From IMG/VR virus record IMGVR_UViG_3300009082_000017, positions 96,043-160,042 of that record: a stretch of DNA of 64,000 bases. One strand, given 5' to 3'. A program made the position numbers and the translations under genes. This document shows, one piece after another, positions 1 through 9,930 of this stretch. The notes under the pieces are model-generated. The model was not told the origin of the DNA and searched no databases. It was given only the letters and a program-made list of their open reading frames with translations. The stretch's first letter is position 1, and each line of letters starts with the position of its first letter. The DNA is from a virus.

Positions 1-106
1 TTGAAAGTACAGGATATAAAACTTCACATAAATTATTTGAAGGCAATCTTATTGCTAGATTGTTTCCTAGATTTTGGATGGATTATTTTGAATAGGAGAA
101 AATAAA

Positions 107-313
107 ATGGAAGTATCTTTTTATGGCATACATGGAAACTCTGGTATGATTGGATTTTCTTTAAATTGGGAAGATCCAAAATTTGGGTTTGGGCAAATTG
201 AGATCAATCAAGGTAATGCAGATGGGAAGATTTTTATTGATTCAGAATCAATGTCGCCAGAATTTGTAAAATCGGTATTGTGTGCGTTGGTTGATAATAG
301 CACCATGAAATAG
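107..313 (+). CDS. hypothetical phage protein
   Basis: AGGAG RBS; ends ...STMK* inside site 304. Confidence 0.75.
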   Translation: MEVSFYGIHGNSGMIGFSLNWEDPKFGFGQIEINQGNADGKIFIDSESMSPEFVKSVLCALVDNSTMK

Positions 314-339
314 CATTTTCATGTGGTTAAAAAGGAGTA

Positions 340-738
340 ATGATGATAGATTTTTGGGATAGCGATTATATAAAAAAATCAAGAAAAGATCATGTGTGTG
401 AATTTTGCCATGGTAAAATCTTGCAAAGTAGTTCGTGTTATCATGAACATGGCAAATATGACGGAGAATTTCAAGATTATTATTTATGTGAAAGATGCAG
501 AGAATTGATTGATAGCCGAGATGAAAGATGGGAATGGTATGATTCTGGAGAGCTTGGAGAATTTCATGAATTATTTATAGATGGCGGTTATATTAAATGC
601 CCCAAATGTGGATCTAATAATTATGATGAAATAGACTATTCTGGAGATGCGCTGTCTTGCACAATTTCTTGTGATAACTGTGAAAACGAATATAAATTAA
701 ATTTATCAGCAGAAAATCTTTTGGGACAAAACAAATGA
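340..738 (+). CDS. zinc-finger hypothetical protein
   Basis: Four CxxC pairs; RBS AAGGAG. Confidence 0.75.
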   Translation: MMIDFWDSDYIKKSRKDHVCEFCHGKILQSSSCYHEHGKYDGEFQDYYLCERCRELIDSRDERWEWYDSGELGEFHELFIDGGYIKCPKCGSNNYDEIDYSGDALSCTISCDNCENEYKLNLSAENLLGQNK

Positions 739-995
739 ACATAAATGAATCTTTTGGTAAAGAGTTTGATGCTTTATCTGTTGAAAGCAATCAATTAATG
801 ACTTACGTGACAGAGATTAGAAATAAAATTAATGATATTCCTCAGATAACAGACTTAAATGTTTGTTTAGAATTAGAAAAAGAATATGGTAATCTTGGAG
901 AATATACTAGGCTTTTAGGAGATACGTTTTTCAAATTATCACAAATGTATCATTATGTTAGACTAGTGAACAAAGTTGCTTTGGACGAACAATAA
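735..995 (+). CDS. hypothetical protein
   Basis: ATGA overlap with upstream gene. Confidence 0.65.
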   Translation: MNINESFGKEFDALSVESNQLMTYVTEIRNKINDIPQITDLNVCLELEKEYGNLGEYTRLLGDTFFKLSQMYHYVRLVNKVALDEQ

Positions 996-996
996 T

Positions 997-1320
997 ATGA
1001 AAATAAATAGACAACAAGTTTTAGATAAATATAACGGTCATTGCGCTTATTGCGGATGTGGAATAACACTAAAGACAATGCAAGTAGATCATAAAAAGTC
1101 AAAAGCATATGGTGGAACAGACGAATACCAAAATCTTATGCCATCATGTAGATTGTGTAATCATTATAAACGAGCCAATAACTTAGAAACGTTTCGAAGA
1201 TATATTATAGAAATGTATAAAAAATTATCAAAGGTTTATATTTTCAGAGTAGCCGAGAAATATGGAATGTTTGTATGGAAAGATTGGGATGGAAAGTTTT
1301 ATTTTGAGAGATTGCCATGA
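997..1320 (+). CDS. HNH endonuclease (zinc-binding)
   Basis: CAYCG...VDH...N...CRLCN motif; ATG at 997 preferred to ORF-track 976. Confidence 0.85.
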   Translation: MKINRQQVLDKYNGHCAYCGCGITLKTMQVDHKKSKAYGGTDEYQNLMPSCRLCNHYKRANNLETFRRYIIEMYKKLSKVYIFRVAEKYGMFVWKDWDGKFYFERLP

Positions 1321-1356
1321 AAGTTATTTTATAATGTTGATAAAAGGATAAAATCT

Positions 1357-2556
1357 TTGATTGTAAATAGAACCGAAAGACATATTATTAAAAACACCGA
1401 TGCTATGTGGAAAATCATAGATCGAAAATCTTTTTTAGCTAAAAATTTGTATAACGAAGCCACATATGCCGTTAGACAGGAATTTTTCGCAACGGGAAGT
1501 TGGATTAGAGACCACGAACTAGATAAATTGTTGCAAAGTAGTGAAAATTATAAACAATTGGGTTCGCAAGCATCACAAAAAACAATTCAACTTGTAGACA
1601 AGAACTTTAAATCATATTTTAAGGGAATTAAAGACTGGTCTAAGAAAAGCGGGAAAGGTTATTTTGGCAAACCATCTCTTCCTAATTACAAAAAGAAAGA
1701 TGGACGCAGTATTGTAATAATTAAAAATATTCAGTGTAGGATACAAAATGGAGAAATTTATTTTTCTTGGAAGCCTTTACGAGAATTTACAGGTATTAAA
1801 ACTAGTATATTAGGAGGATTACAACAAATTCGTTTTGTGCCCATGGGTTCAACTTATGTAATGGAAATTGTTTATCAAATTAAAGTGCCAAAAGTGAAAA
1901 ATTTTACTAATAGAATTATGGGAATAGACCTAGGAGTTAATAATCTTGCAACTATTTCAAACAATATTGGTATTCAACCAATTATTGTTAAGGGTGGGGT
2001 TATTAAGTCTATGAATAGATACTATAATAAAGAGAGAAAGAATATTTCAATAGAGACAGGTATGATTTGGAACAAGAGGATGCGTTTACTAACTGACAAA
2101 CATATGCGAAAGATGGACAGCTATATGCATTTAGTAAGTCGAAGGATTGTGGAATATTGCCAGAAATATGACGTGGGTACTTTGGTAATTGGCTTGACAA
2201 AAGAATGGAAAGATGGTATAAATATTGGACACGTAAATAATCAAAATTTTGTATCAATCCCTCATGAGAAATTGATCCAACAATTGCAATATAAGTGTGA
2301 GAATGTTGGAATTAATTGTGTTGTTACAGAGGAAAAGTTTACATCAGGGACAAGTTTTTTGGATAATGAGCTTCCTACAGAGGATAATTATAATATAAAG
2401 AGAAGAGTCAAAAGAGGAGTATTTAAATCTAATGATGGTATAAAATTGAATTCTGATGTTAATGCGGCATTTCAAATTATTAAAAAAGTATTCCCAGACG
2501 CTTTCAAGCAATGGGATAGAGGTTGTGGTTTACAGCCGGTTGCGCTAGAAATCTAG
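1357..2556 (+). mobile_element. tnpB: TnpB RNA-guided nuclease (IS200/IS605 or IS607 type), no adjacent TnpA
   Basis: RuvC-I GIDLG, RuvC-II with G at the usual E position (VIG) and downstream EEKFTS, RuvC-III SDVNAA; zinc finger absent. Confidence 0.9.
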
Positions 2557-2582
2557 ACAGCAAAGGGATGATTCTATCCCAT
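2511..2582 (+). ncRNA. putative omega-RNA scaffold part of TnpB-1
   Basis: Perfect 10-bp stem ATGGGATAGA (2511-2520)/TCTATCCCAT (2573-2582) enclosing GGTTGT/ACAGCC and CTAGA/TCTAG hairpins; overlaps the tnpB 3' end as omega-RNAs do. Confidence 0.55.
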
Positions 2583-2596
2583 AAATTGATACTTTT

Positions 2597-3055
2597 ATGA
2601 GGCAAACAATGAACAAAGGTTACATAGCAGATCAACAAATCATGGACAAATACAACCACCTCTTATCTTATAAAAAAGATTTAGGCGAAATATCAATACA
2701 ATATCGTAGAACCAATAATGCGTTTTGTCAAAACCTTATTCATAATAATAAAAATGTTGGTAGGATTTATATCTTTGGGCTACAAGAGAAAAACAATAAT
2801 ATCCATGGTTATGTTGCAAGAGTTCATTTGAATCCTAAGTTTAGGGTAAATGGTTATGCAATACAAATGATGTCTGATATTATTAAACATTTTGGAAATT
2901 GTGTTTTACATATTACATCTGCTAGTCCAAACAGAATTGAAGGGCTTACGGATGATAATAGGGAAATTTATAGAGACAAATTATATAAATTTTATGGTAG
3001 GTTTGGGTTTGTGAGAACGAGTGAAGAACATACTGGAATGATAAGGAGAATATGA
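2597..3055 (+). CDS. GNAT-family acetyltransferase
   Basis: VHLNPKFRVNGYA (motif A-like) and LYKFYGRFGF; true start probably the ATG a few codons downstream. Confidence 0.65.
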   Translation: MRQTMNKGYIADQQIMDKYNHLLSYKKDLGEISIQYRRTNNAFCQNLIHNNKNVGRIYIFGLQEKNNNIHGYVARVHLNPKFRVNGYAIQMMSDIIKHFGNCVLHITSASPNRIEGLTDDNREIYRDKLYKFYGRFGFVRTSEEHTGMIRRI

Positions 3056-3309
3056 TGTTATTGGAAACACATTTTACTGTTTCAAAAAATTTACAAGATA
3101 TGCCAGATCATATTGAAAGATTAAAAGAAAATTCAATATTAACATTAAAAGATTTACTTTTTAATTTGATCAAAGATGGTGGTAGATTTGAATTTGGTGA
3201 AGCAATTGAAAAATCACATTATAATGAATATAGTAAAGAAACTCAATATGATTTTTATATTACTTATGAGAATTTAGATATTCATTTGCGTCCGTTGTAT
3301 AAAGAATAG
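3052..3309 (+). CDS. hypothetical protein
   Basis: AAGGAG RBS, overlaps upstream stop. Confidence 0.7.
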   Translation: MMLLETHFTVSKNLQDMPDHIERLKENSILTLKDLLFNLIKDGGRFEFGEAIEKSHYNEYSKETQYDFYITYENLDIHLRPLYKE

Positions 3310-3343
3310 TTTCCATGAAAGAGGGATTTCATGGGGAATTCGC

Positions 3344-3372
3344 TTGACAAAAATACAATAGTGTGATAATAT
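3344..3372 (+). promoter_or_regulatory. sigma70-type promoter
   Basis: TTGACA-17-TAATAT with extended TG. Confidence 0.8.
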
Positions 3373-3404
3373 TATTATATAAAAAAATAAAAAGGAGATA
3401 TAAA

Positions 3405-3608
3405 ATGAGTGGATTAACAGATATTGATGATGGAGCAGTACAATTAAATGATGGTTCATACAGCATTAAACAAGAAGATATTGATAGGGAACATCTAAAA
3501 TATTCTATTTGGAATATTTTAGATAAAGTCATTCCAATTGTTTTTCTTTTATTAGTGGTTATTGTAGGATCATTCTTTTTATCTAATTTATTTGCACACC
3601 CAAAATAA
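3405..3608 (+). CDS. small membrane protein
   Basis: AAGGAG RBS before ATG 3405; C-terminal hydrophobic helix. Confidence 0.7.
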   Translation: MSGLTDIDDGAVQLNDGSYSIKQEDIDREHLKYSIWNILDKVIPIVFLLLVVIVGSFFLSNLFAHPK

Positions 3609-3613
3609 AAATA

Positions 3614-4603
3614 ATGAAAATATTATTAGTTGATGTTGATAGCAAAATACCCAATTTAGCATTAATGAAAATATCAACATATCATAAACAATTGGGCAAT
3701 AATGTTGTCTTAAAGAAAATAGGATTGGATGGGTATCCAAAGAAGAAACATATTGTAGTAGATGCATTCGGGTATGATAACGTTTATGCATCTACGTTGT
3801 TTGTTGCAAATCAAAAATGTTATGAAATAAAAAATTGTAAAAATATTGAAATTGGTGGTACGGGATATGATATTGAGAAAAAACTTCCAATCATTATAGA
3901 TGATCTAGATCCCGATTATTCAATTTATCCTGAAAACGATACAAGTGTAGGGTTTATAACCAGAGGATGTGTTAGGGATTGTTATTTTTGTGTTGTCAGA
4001 AAAAAAGAAGGTTTGATATATAAGTATAGGGATATAAATCAAATTGTCAAACATAAAAAAGTTGATTTCCTAGATAATAATATATTAGCATACAATAAAC
4101 ATTTAGAAATTTTACAAGAATTAATAGATAAAAAAATATATTGTTGGTTTAATTCTGGATTAGATATTAGGCTTATTAATGATAAAAATGCTGAACTATT
4201 ATCTAAACTAAAATATTTAGGAGAATATACTTTTGCTTTTGATCTTATTGAAAATGAAGAAATTATAAATAAAAAATTACAAATATTGAAAAAATATATT
4301 GATAAAGATTGGAAATTAAAATTTGATTTATATGTCAATCCAAAAGATGATATTAGTGATATTTTATTTAGAATAAATTGGTGTAGAAAAAATAAAGTTT
4401 TGCCTTATGTAATGCGAGACAAATCTTGTTGGGAAAGTGAAAATAATGAGTTCTATGTTGATTTGGCGGCTTACTGTAATCAACCAAATATTTTTAAAAA
4501 AATGAGTTGGGAAGAATTTTTAAATAAAAGACATACAAAGCAAGAGCGCATTCAATCAAGTTTAAACTTATGGAGAGAAGGAATAAAAAATGTTCAAATA
4601 TGA
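3614..4603 (+). CDS. radical SAM protein
   Basis: TRGCVRDCYFC (CxxxCxxC), DNN and GLD motifs. Confidence 0.85.
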   Translation: MKILLVDVDSKIPNLALMKISTYHKQLGNNVVLKKIGLDGYPKKKHIVVDAFGYDNVYASTLFVANQKCYEIKNCKNIEIGGTGYDIEKKLPIIIDDLDPDYSIYPENDTSVGFITRGCVRDCYFCVVRKKEGLIYKYRDINQIVKHKKVDFLDNNILAYNKHLEILQELIDKKIYCWFNSGLDIRLINDKNAELLSKLKYLGEYTFAFDLIENEEIINKKLQILKKYIDKDWKLKFDLYVNPKDDISDILFRINWCRKNKVLPYVMRDKSCWESENNEFYVDLAAYCNQPNIFKKMSWEEFLNKRHTKQERIQSSLNLWREGIKNVQI

Positions 4604-4949
4604 TGTTTTTTTAATTTGTCCAGTTCGGAATGCTACTGAAGATCAAAAAGAAAAAATGCAACAATATATAAATGAAATAGAGAATCAAGGAAAAACTATT
4701 TATTATCCCGCCAGAGATACAGATCAAAATGACACTATTGGATTTAGGATTTGTACAGATAATAAAAATGCTATTAAAAATTCTAAAGAAATTCATATTT
4801 TTTGGGACAAAAATAGTACTGGGAGTTTATTTGATTTGGGTATGGCGTTTGCTACTGATAAAAAATTAAAGATTGTGAATTTAGATGATGCGCCTTTGAC
4901 TGAAGGAAAAAGCTTTACAAATATGATTCGTTATTGGAGTGAACAATAA
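4590..4949 (+). CDS. nucleoside 2-deoxyribosyltransferase-like protein
   Basis: VFLICP...YYP...D..AI...STGSLFDLGMAFA pattern. Confidence 0.65.
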   Translation: MFKYDVFLICPVRNATEDQKEKMQQYINEIENQGKTIYYPARDTDQNDTIGFRICTDNKNAIKNSKEIHIFWDKNSTGSLFDLGMAFATDKKLKIVNLDDAPLTEGKSFTNMIRYWSEQ

Positions 4950-4992
4950 TACACCATGAAACACAGATTTCATGAACAAATAAAGGAGTAAA

Positions 4993-5217
4993 ATGTTAAC
5001 AAATATTGTAGGAGACATACATAGACATATGGCATATTTCGGAACAGTTCCGAAATTAGTAATTGGCAAATTTACTTTAGAGACCATAAGAAAAGAATTT
5101 GGCAACTTAATTATTGATGCTGATTTAGATAATCAAAGAGGACAAACTATTGCCGGATGTGAATTTGAAGAAGCCGATTTTTGGTGGGGATATTATTTGA
5201 AAAAGTTTATATCATGA
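4993..5217 (+). CDS. hypothetical protein, single gene between sites 4955 and 5213
   Basis: AAGGAG RBS; stop TGA lies in the left arm of the site. Confidence 0.75.
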   Translation: MLTNIVGDIHRHMAYFGTVPKLVIGKFTLETIRKEFGNLIIDADLDNQRGQTIAGCEFEEADFWWGYYLKKFIS

Positions 5218-5251
5218 AACTTGTATTTCATTAGGGAAGAAAGGATAATTT

Positions 5252-5446
5252 ATGATAGATGCGATTATTGCGATTGTAGTAGGATTGTTGCTTTTATATT
5301 TTGGCATATCATCAATAATATTGTTTATAAAAAATGTTAATAAAAATGATGGAATATGGATTATAGCGAGTGCATTAATTTGTTCCATTGGATTATTTTT
5401 ATTTGGTGGTGGAATTTTACAAATAATAAAAATTATTTTACCATGA
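5252..5446 (+). CDS. two-helix membrane protein, single gene between sites 5213 and 5442
   Basis: Two hydrophobic segments; stop in site. Confidence 0.75.
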   Translation: MIDAIIAIVVGLLLLYFGISSIILFIKNVNKNDGIWIIASALICSIGLFLFGGGILQIIKIILP

Positions 5447-5507
5447 AACTAGAATTTCATGGTGTATTACAAATAAGATAATATTAGTATAGTGTAAGGA
5501 GATAAAT

Positions 5508-6542
5508 TTGGGAATAAACGTACTTTCATGTTTTGATGGAATTTCTGCCGGTCAATTGGCATTACAAAGAGCAGGAATTAAAGTAGACAATTATTTTGCA
5601 TCAGAAATTGACAAATATGCAATTCAAATTACACAGAAGAATTTTCCTAATACTATTCAACTAGGAAGTATTAATGATTATAAAGACTGGGATTTGCCTA
5701 AAATTGATTTGGTTATTGGCGGTAGTCCATGTCAAGGCTTTAGCAATGCAGGGAAAGGATTAAATTTTGAAGACCCAAGAAGCAAATTGTTTTTCACATT
5801 TTCTGATATTATCAAATATTATAACCCTAAATATTTTTTGTTAGAAAATGTAAAAATGAAAAAAGAATGGCAAGATGTTATTAGTGAATATATGGGTGTT
5901 GGCCCTATTGAAATTAATTCATCTTTAGTTTCTGCTCAAAATAGAAAACGCTTATACTGGACAAATATTAATTCTGTTGAAGTCCCCTTGGATAAAAATA
6001 TTTATATTGCAGATATTGCCGAAGAAGATGCAGAGCCTATCATATTACATAATTTATATGGTGGTTTTGGAGAATCAAAACCAAGAGTTTTTACAGAAAA
6101 ATCTCCAACAATAAGAACTGCAAGTGGTAGAGGTCATATTCCAAGCGTTGTTCGTAAAGATATTTATTGGAAAGACGTTCAGGAAACTGATGCCAAAGAT
6201 GTTTTTTATTATACTGATAAATCATTTAATTGGATAAATAAGTCAGAAGAACGAAAAGCAAAATTTAAGATTTATGATAAAAATACTGAAGAAAAAATGC
6301 AAATGGTTGAGGCATCACATTATAAATTGTATAGTAATCAACGTTGTTTTGGCATAAGAGATAAAGGTGGAATTAGGTATATTTCAAATATTGAATGTGA
6401 AAGATTACAAACGTTTCCAGATAATTATACGGAAGGCGTATCCAAAACTCAACGATACAAAGCAATTGGTAATTCCTGGACGGTAGATGTAATTGCTCAT
6501 ATTTTTTCATATTTGCCTGAAAACTGGAAAGTCACCACATAA
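5508..6542 (+). CDS. dcm: DNA (cytosine-5)-methyltransferase
   Basis: SCFDGI, GGSPCQ, LENV, QNRKR, ERLQTFP, IGNSW motifs. Confidence 0.95.
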   Translation: MGINVLSCFDGISAGQLALQRAGIKVDNYFASEIDKYAIQITQKNFPNTIQLGSINDYKDWDLPKIDLVIGGSPCQGFSNAGKGLNFEDPRSKLFFTFSDIIKYYNPKYFLLENVKMKKEWQDVISEYMGVGPIEINSSLVSAQNRKRLYWTNINSVEVPLDKNIYIADIAEEDAEPIILHNLYGGFGESKPRVFTEKSPTIRTASGRGHIPSVVRKDIYWKDVQETDAKDVFYYTDKSFNWINKSEERKAKFKIYDKNTEEKMQMVEASHYKLYSNQRCFGIRDKGGIRYISNIECERLQTFPDNYTEGVSKTQRYKAIGNSWTVDVIAHIFSYLPENWKVTT

Positions 6543-6579
6543 AAGTGTCATTTCATTGGAAATTGATATTGATTTACTC

Positions 6580-6608
6580 TTGACAGATTTATAAAACTGT
6601 GTTATAAA
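6580..6608 (+). promoter_or_regulatory. sigma70-type promoter
   Basis: TTGACA-17-TATAAA, extended TG. Confidence 0.8.
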
Positions 6609-6631
6609 TAAAAGAAAAAAGGAGATTTAAA

Positions 6632-7147
6632 ATGGCCTATAGTAATCCTAATAATATTATTACAAAAGGAAAAGAATTGTCTCATTCATCAGAGAATAAA
6701 ATTGAAGCTATTAATGCTCTTGAAAAAGCATTAAGCACATTAAATGAAACAATAAGAAGTGCTTGTGATCTTGGTATTTTCCCAAAAGTGGAAGTTAGGC
6801 AACAGATGTCCTTTTATGAATCTAATCCCGATTCTATTATGGGAATTATTCATTATCTTTCAGCAGATTCCGTATTTTTAGAATATTTAGAAATGTATGA
6901 TAATGCTCAAGGTTTAGTTGGTATGGCACTTCCTCATGGCGAAACCGCAAAGCATAGACTTTCAATATATGAAAGCTCATATAATGAAAGAAAAGAATTT
7001 TTAGAAAAATCTGAATTAGAAGATAAAAAAGATCAATTATTAAAGTTGGAAGATTGGTGGACAAATACAAAAGATACTTTTGAATCCAGAATGGAAAAAA
7101 CAGAAAAAGATATTATTAAAGAGTCTTGTGTAGAAGTTACCCCATGA
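6632..7147 (+). CDS. hypothetical protein, single gene between sites 6538 and 7143
   Basis: AAGGAG RBS; ends VTP* in site. Confidence 0.8.
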   Translation: MAYSNPNNIITKGKELSHSSENKIEAINALEKALSTLNETIRSACDLGIFPKVEVRQQMSFYESNPDSIMGIIHYLSADSVFLEYLEMYDNAQGLVGMALPHGETAKHRLSIYESSYNERKEFLEKSELEDKKDQLLKLEDWWTNTKDTFESRMEKTEKDIIKESCVEVTP

Positions 7148-7193
7148 AAGATTTGTTTCATGGTATAAAAATTAGATAAGAAGGAGATTAAAC

Positions 7194-7367
7194 ATGCAAA
7201 CAAAGCAAATTATTGGAATTGTTTTGGGAATTTTAATATTGTTGGGATTTTTGTCAATCCCTATTTTTATAGCAGGATGGGTAATAGGTCTTTTATCAGA
7301 TTTAATTATCATTGTAGCTTTAGGAATTATTGTTGTTGTGACGGGTTTAGCTAGTGGCGCATTGTAA
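7194..7367 (+). CDS. 57-aa membrane protein not in ORF track, single gene between sites 7143 and 7378
   Basis: AAGGAG RBS; MQTKQIIGIVLGILILLGFLSIPIFIAGW...; fully hydrophobic. Confidence 0.75.
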   Translation: MQTKQIIGIVLGILILLGFLSIPIFIAGWVIGLLSDLIIIVALGIIVVVTGLASGAL

Positions 7368-7394
7368 TTATTTGTCACATGAAATCAATATTTT

Positions 7395-8258
7395 ATGGTG
7401 CTAAACACCATAGAAAGGATAAATCTATTGAAAGAATTACAACCGGCAATCAAATGGTCAGGAAGTAAACGTCCTATTGCAAAAGAAATTGTAGAATCAT
7501 TTCCAGATAATATTGAAACATATTATGAACCTTTTTGTGGCGGATGTTCTGTACTGTATTATTTATTGAATAGCAATAAACTTGGTGCAAAACGATATGT
7601 TTGTTCAGATATCAATAATGATTTAATAGATTTGTGGAATACAATTAAATCTAATCCAAGTCAAGTTATTAATAATTATTCGAGAATGTGGAATGAGTTA
7701 CAAGTTTTAAGTATTGCAGATCGCAGACAATATTTCTACGATGTTCGAAGTAGATTCAATAAAGAAAAATCACCTTATGACTTTATGTTTATTATGAGAA
7801 CTACAACCAATGGTATGCCTAGATATAATAAATTAGGAGAATTTAATAATTCTTTTCATATTACAAGAGATGGTATTAATCCAAAAGAATTTACAACTAC
7901 GATTGATAAATGGTCTAGTTTATTAAATAATTATGAAGTAGAATTTGTTTGTCAAGATTATATTAATATTGTTTCAGATAGCGAAGATGTGATTTATTTA
8001 GACCCGCCTTATGCTGGGACAAAAGGAATGTATTATGGAGTAATTGATTATAATAAATTATGGGAATGGGTGAAGATTCAAAAAGGATTTGTCGCACTAA
8101 GTTTTGATGGAAGAACCACAAGCACAGAATATTCTGATTTAGTTCCAAAGGATATTTTTAGTAATCATAAATTGATTTGTTCTGGTAATTCTTCATTCAG
8201 AAGGACTATCGGAAAATCAAGATCAGAGTATGTTTATGAAAGTTTATATACCCAATGA
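7395..8258 (+). CDS. Dam-like (D12 class) DNA adenine methyltransferase
   Basis: KWSGSK, YYEPFCGGCSV, YLDPPY; true start probably TTG near 7428 after AAAGGA. Confidence 0.92.
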   Translation: MVLNTIERINLLKELQPAIKWSGSKRPIAKEIVESFPDNIETYYEPFCGGCSVLYYLLNSNKLGAKRYVCSDINNDLIDLWNTIKSNPSQVINNYSRMWNELQVLSIADRRQYFYDVRSRFNKEKSPYDFMFIMRTTTNGMPRYNKLGEFNNSFHITRDGINPKEFTTTIDKWSSLLNNYEVEFVCQDYINIVSDSEDVIYLDPPYAGTKGMYYGVIDYNKLWEWVKIQKGFVALSFDGRTTSTEYSDLVPKDIFSNHKLICSGNSSFRRTIGKSRSEYVYESLYTQ

Positions 8259-8270
8259 AAGAACTATTTC

Positions 8271-8474
8271 ATGGAGAATAAACATTTGAAAACTAAAAAT
8301 TTGGTATATTATTTATTTGGGGCAAATGATCTAGTTTCTTTATGGAAGTTGTTTCTTGCCACTATCTCAATAAAATATTTTTTGCCTAATAGACGATCCA
8401 AAAAAATGTTAAGAGAAAAGATAAAATATCTTAAAATATTAGAAAACATAAATAAGGAGAATAAAAATGAGTAA
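8271..8474 (+). CDS. hypothetical protein
   Basis: ORF track; first ATG is in the right arm of site 8254, true start may be the TTG just downstream. Confidence 0.5.
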   Translation: MENKHLKTKNLVYYLFGANDLVSLWKLFLATISIKYFLPNRRSKKMLREKIKYLKILENINKENKNE

Positions 8475-8655
8475 ATATCTTGTAAATATTATGGTTCCTG
8501 TAACTTTTCAAATTAAAATTGAAGCTGAAAATGAAGATGAAGCGTGGGATATTGCAGAAAAAGAAGGCTATGATCGTATTGATTTTTCTAGTGATGCAAT
8601 TGATGACGATAAGGGTGGCAGTGAAGTATATGATGTAATGCTTGATAGTGATTAA
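8467..8655 (+). CDS. small acidic protein, DpnD/PcfM-like
   Basis: KY.V......IEAENEDEA pattern; AAGGAG RBS. Confidence 0.6.
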   Translation: MSKYLVNIMVPVTFQIKIEAENEDEAWDIAEKEGYDRIDFSSDAIDDDKGGSEVYDVMLDSD

Positions 8656-8694
8656 CCCAATGAAAGGACTCTTTCATGGGAGAAAGGACAAATT

Positions 8695-9069
8695 ATGAAT
8701 AAAAAACAATGGTTTTTGAATATTGAAGGAAGCAAACAAAAGTGGGATATCCCAATCGAGATCAATGAAAAATATCTTTCTGACTACACATCAGATAATC
8801 TCAAAATTCATTATCAATACATCCCTATAAAATTTTCTTTATCTAAAAAATATGTATATGGCATTGATGTTAGAGGCAAGTATAAGCAATGGGGACTCCC
8901 TGTTGAGGCTACACCTAAAGAAGTAGAAGCATGGAGAGAAGATGGTATAGAGATTAATCGAATTATAAATTCTATCCCATCTTGGTGGGTAGATATGGGA
9001 TTCTCTGTTAGGGTTTGGTGCTTTTGGCAGGATGTGTTTAATTTTAATAATCCGTTTGTAAATAAGTAA
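8695..9069 (+). CDS. hypothetical protein with internal duplication
   Basis: KK..F.I.G..QKW.IPIE and KK....I..RG.YKQW.LPVE halves. Confidence 0.7.
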   Translation: MNKKQWFLNIEGSKQKWDIPIEINEKYLSDYTSDNLKIHYQYIPIKFSLSKKYVYGIDVRGKYKQWGLPVEATPKEVEAWREDGIEINRIINSIPSWWVDMGFSVRVWCFWQDVFNFNNPFVNK

Positions 9070-9125
9070 TTATCACAAAACAAACTAATCGTATTATTAA
9101 TTACATTATAGGAGGATTTTTTCTA

Positions 9126-9920
9126 TTGAACAAAAAAATAAAAATTTATAATTTGAAATATTTTTTTATTACCATTTGTTTGTTAATTTTTATATTCTTT
9201 ATTTTTCAAAAACAGTCTAGTGTTGTTGCGGTATTCTCAACTCCTACTTCAATCCCATTCCCAGAAAAGACTCCTATGGTTTTTGATCATTCTGAAATAA
9301 ACAATGATAATTATAAATATAATGGATATTGGGAAGGGAACTATTGGATAAAAGGAGTCCCCTCATATGAAACTCTTATGCTTAGAATGCCAATGGTTGC
9401 CGGTGGTTCGGCAGTTACTTACGATCCTTATTTAATGGAAGTCACTGCAAATAAAGCGGGATTTGATATTGAAAAATATGTTGGAACCGTCGCTGTTTCT
9501 TTTTGGTCAGAAGTGGGGCATGAAGTGTGGATATATCATCCTAATTATGGTTGGGAAGGCCCATTTTTAGTAGTAGATGTGTCTCGACAAATTGATGTTT
9601 ATCGTCAAATTGTATATCAAAATCAAGTTGTTGAATTAGATTTTGAAACAGCAAAAAGATGGGAGATGTGGGAAGTGGTTAATGGAAATAATATTTTGGT
9701 AAATGGCAGGGTTGATGGAGTTATTGTATCAAAAGTTCCACCAGAAAAAGTAAATAGGTATCCTGTTGTACAATTATCAGATTTCTTTTTAGAGAATGTG
9801 AAATATATAACTTCTTATGAAAAAACGCCAGTATATAATCCTCCTAAAAATACGGGGCTACCACTTCCTATCTGGAAAATAGGTGATTATTGGGTAATAT
9901 TCCCAACAGAAAAATATTAA
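9126..9920 (+). CDS. membrane-anchored/secreted protein, possible RlpA-like double-psi barrel
   Basis: N-terminal hydrophobic helix, Pro/Thr linker, G..VWI...GPFLVVD...VELD. Confidence 0.5.
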   Translation: MNKKIKIYNLKYFFITICLLIFIFFIFQKQSSVVAVFSTPTSIPFPEKTPMVFDHSEINNDNYKYNGYWEGNYWIKGVPSYETLMLRMPMVAGGSAVTYDPYLMEVTANKAGFDIEKYVGTVAVSFWSEVGHEVWIYHPNYGWEGPFLVVDVSRQIDVYRQIVYQNQVVELDFETAKRWEMWEVVNGNNILVNGRVDGVIVSKVPPEKVNRYPVVQLSDFFLENVKYITSYEKTPVYNPPKNTGLPLPIWKIGDYWVIFPTEKY

Positions 9921-9930
9921 ATTGTTTATA

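Noticed and set aside
9074-9093. Additional very degenerate sites (9074, 56541 half-site, 29271 and 40270 with 4-5 bp spacers)
   Set aside because: Too many mismatches or wrong spacing; not counted.
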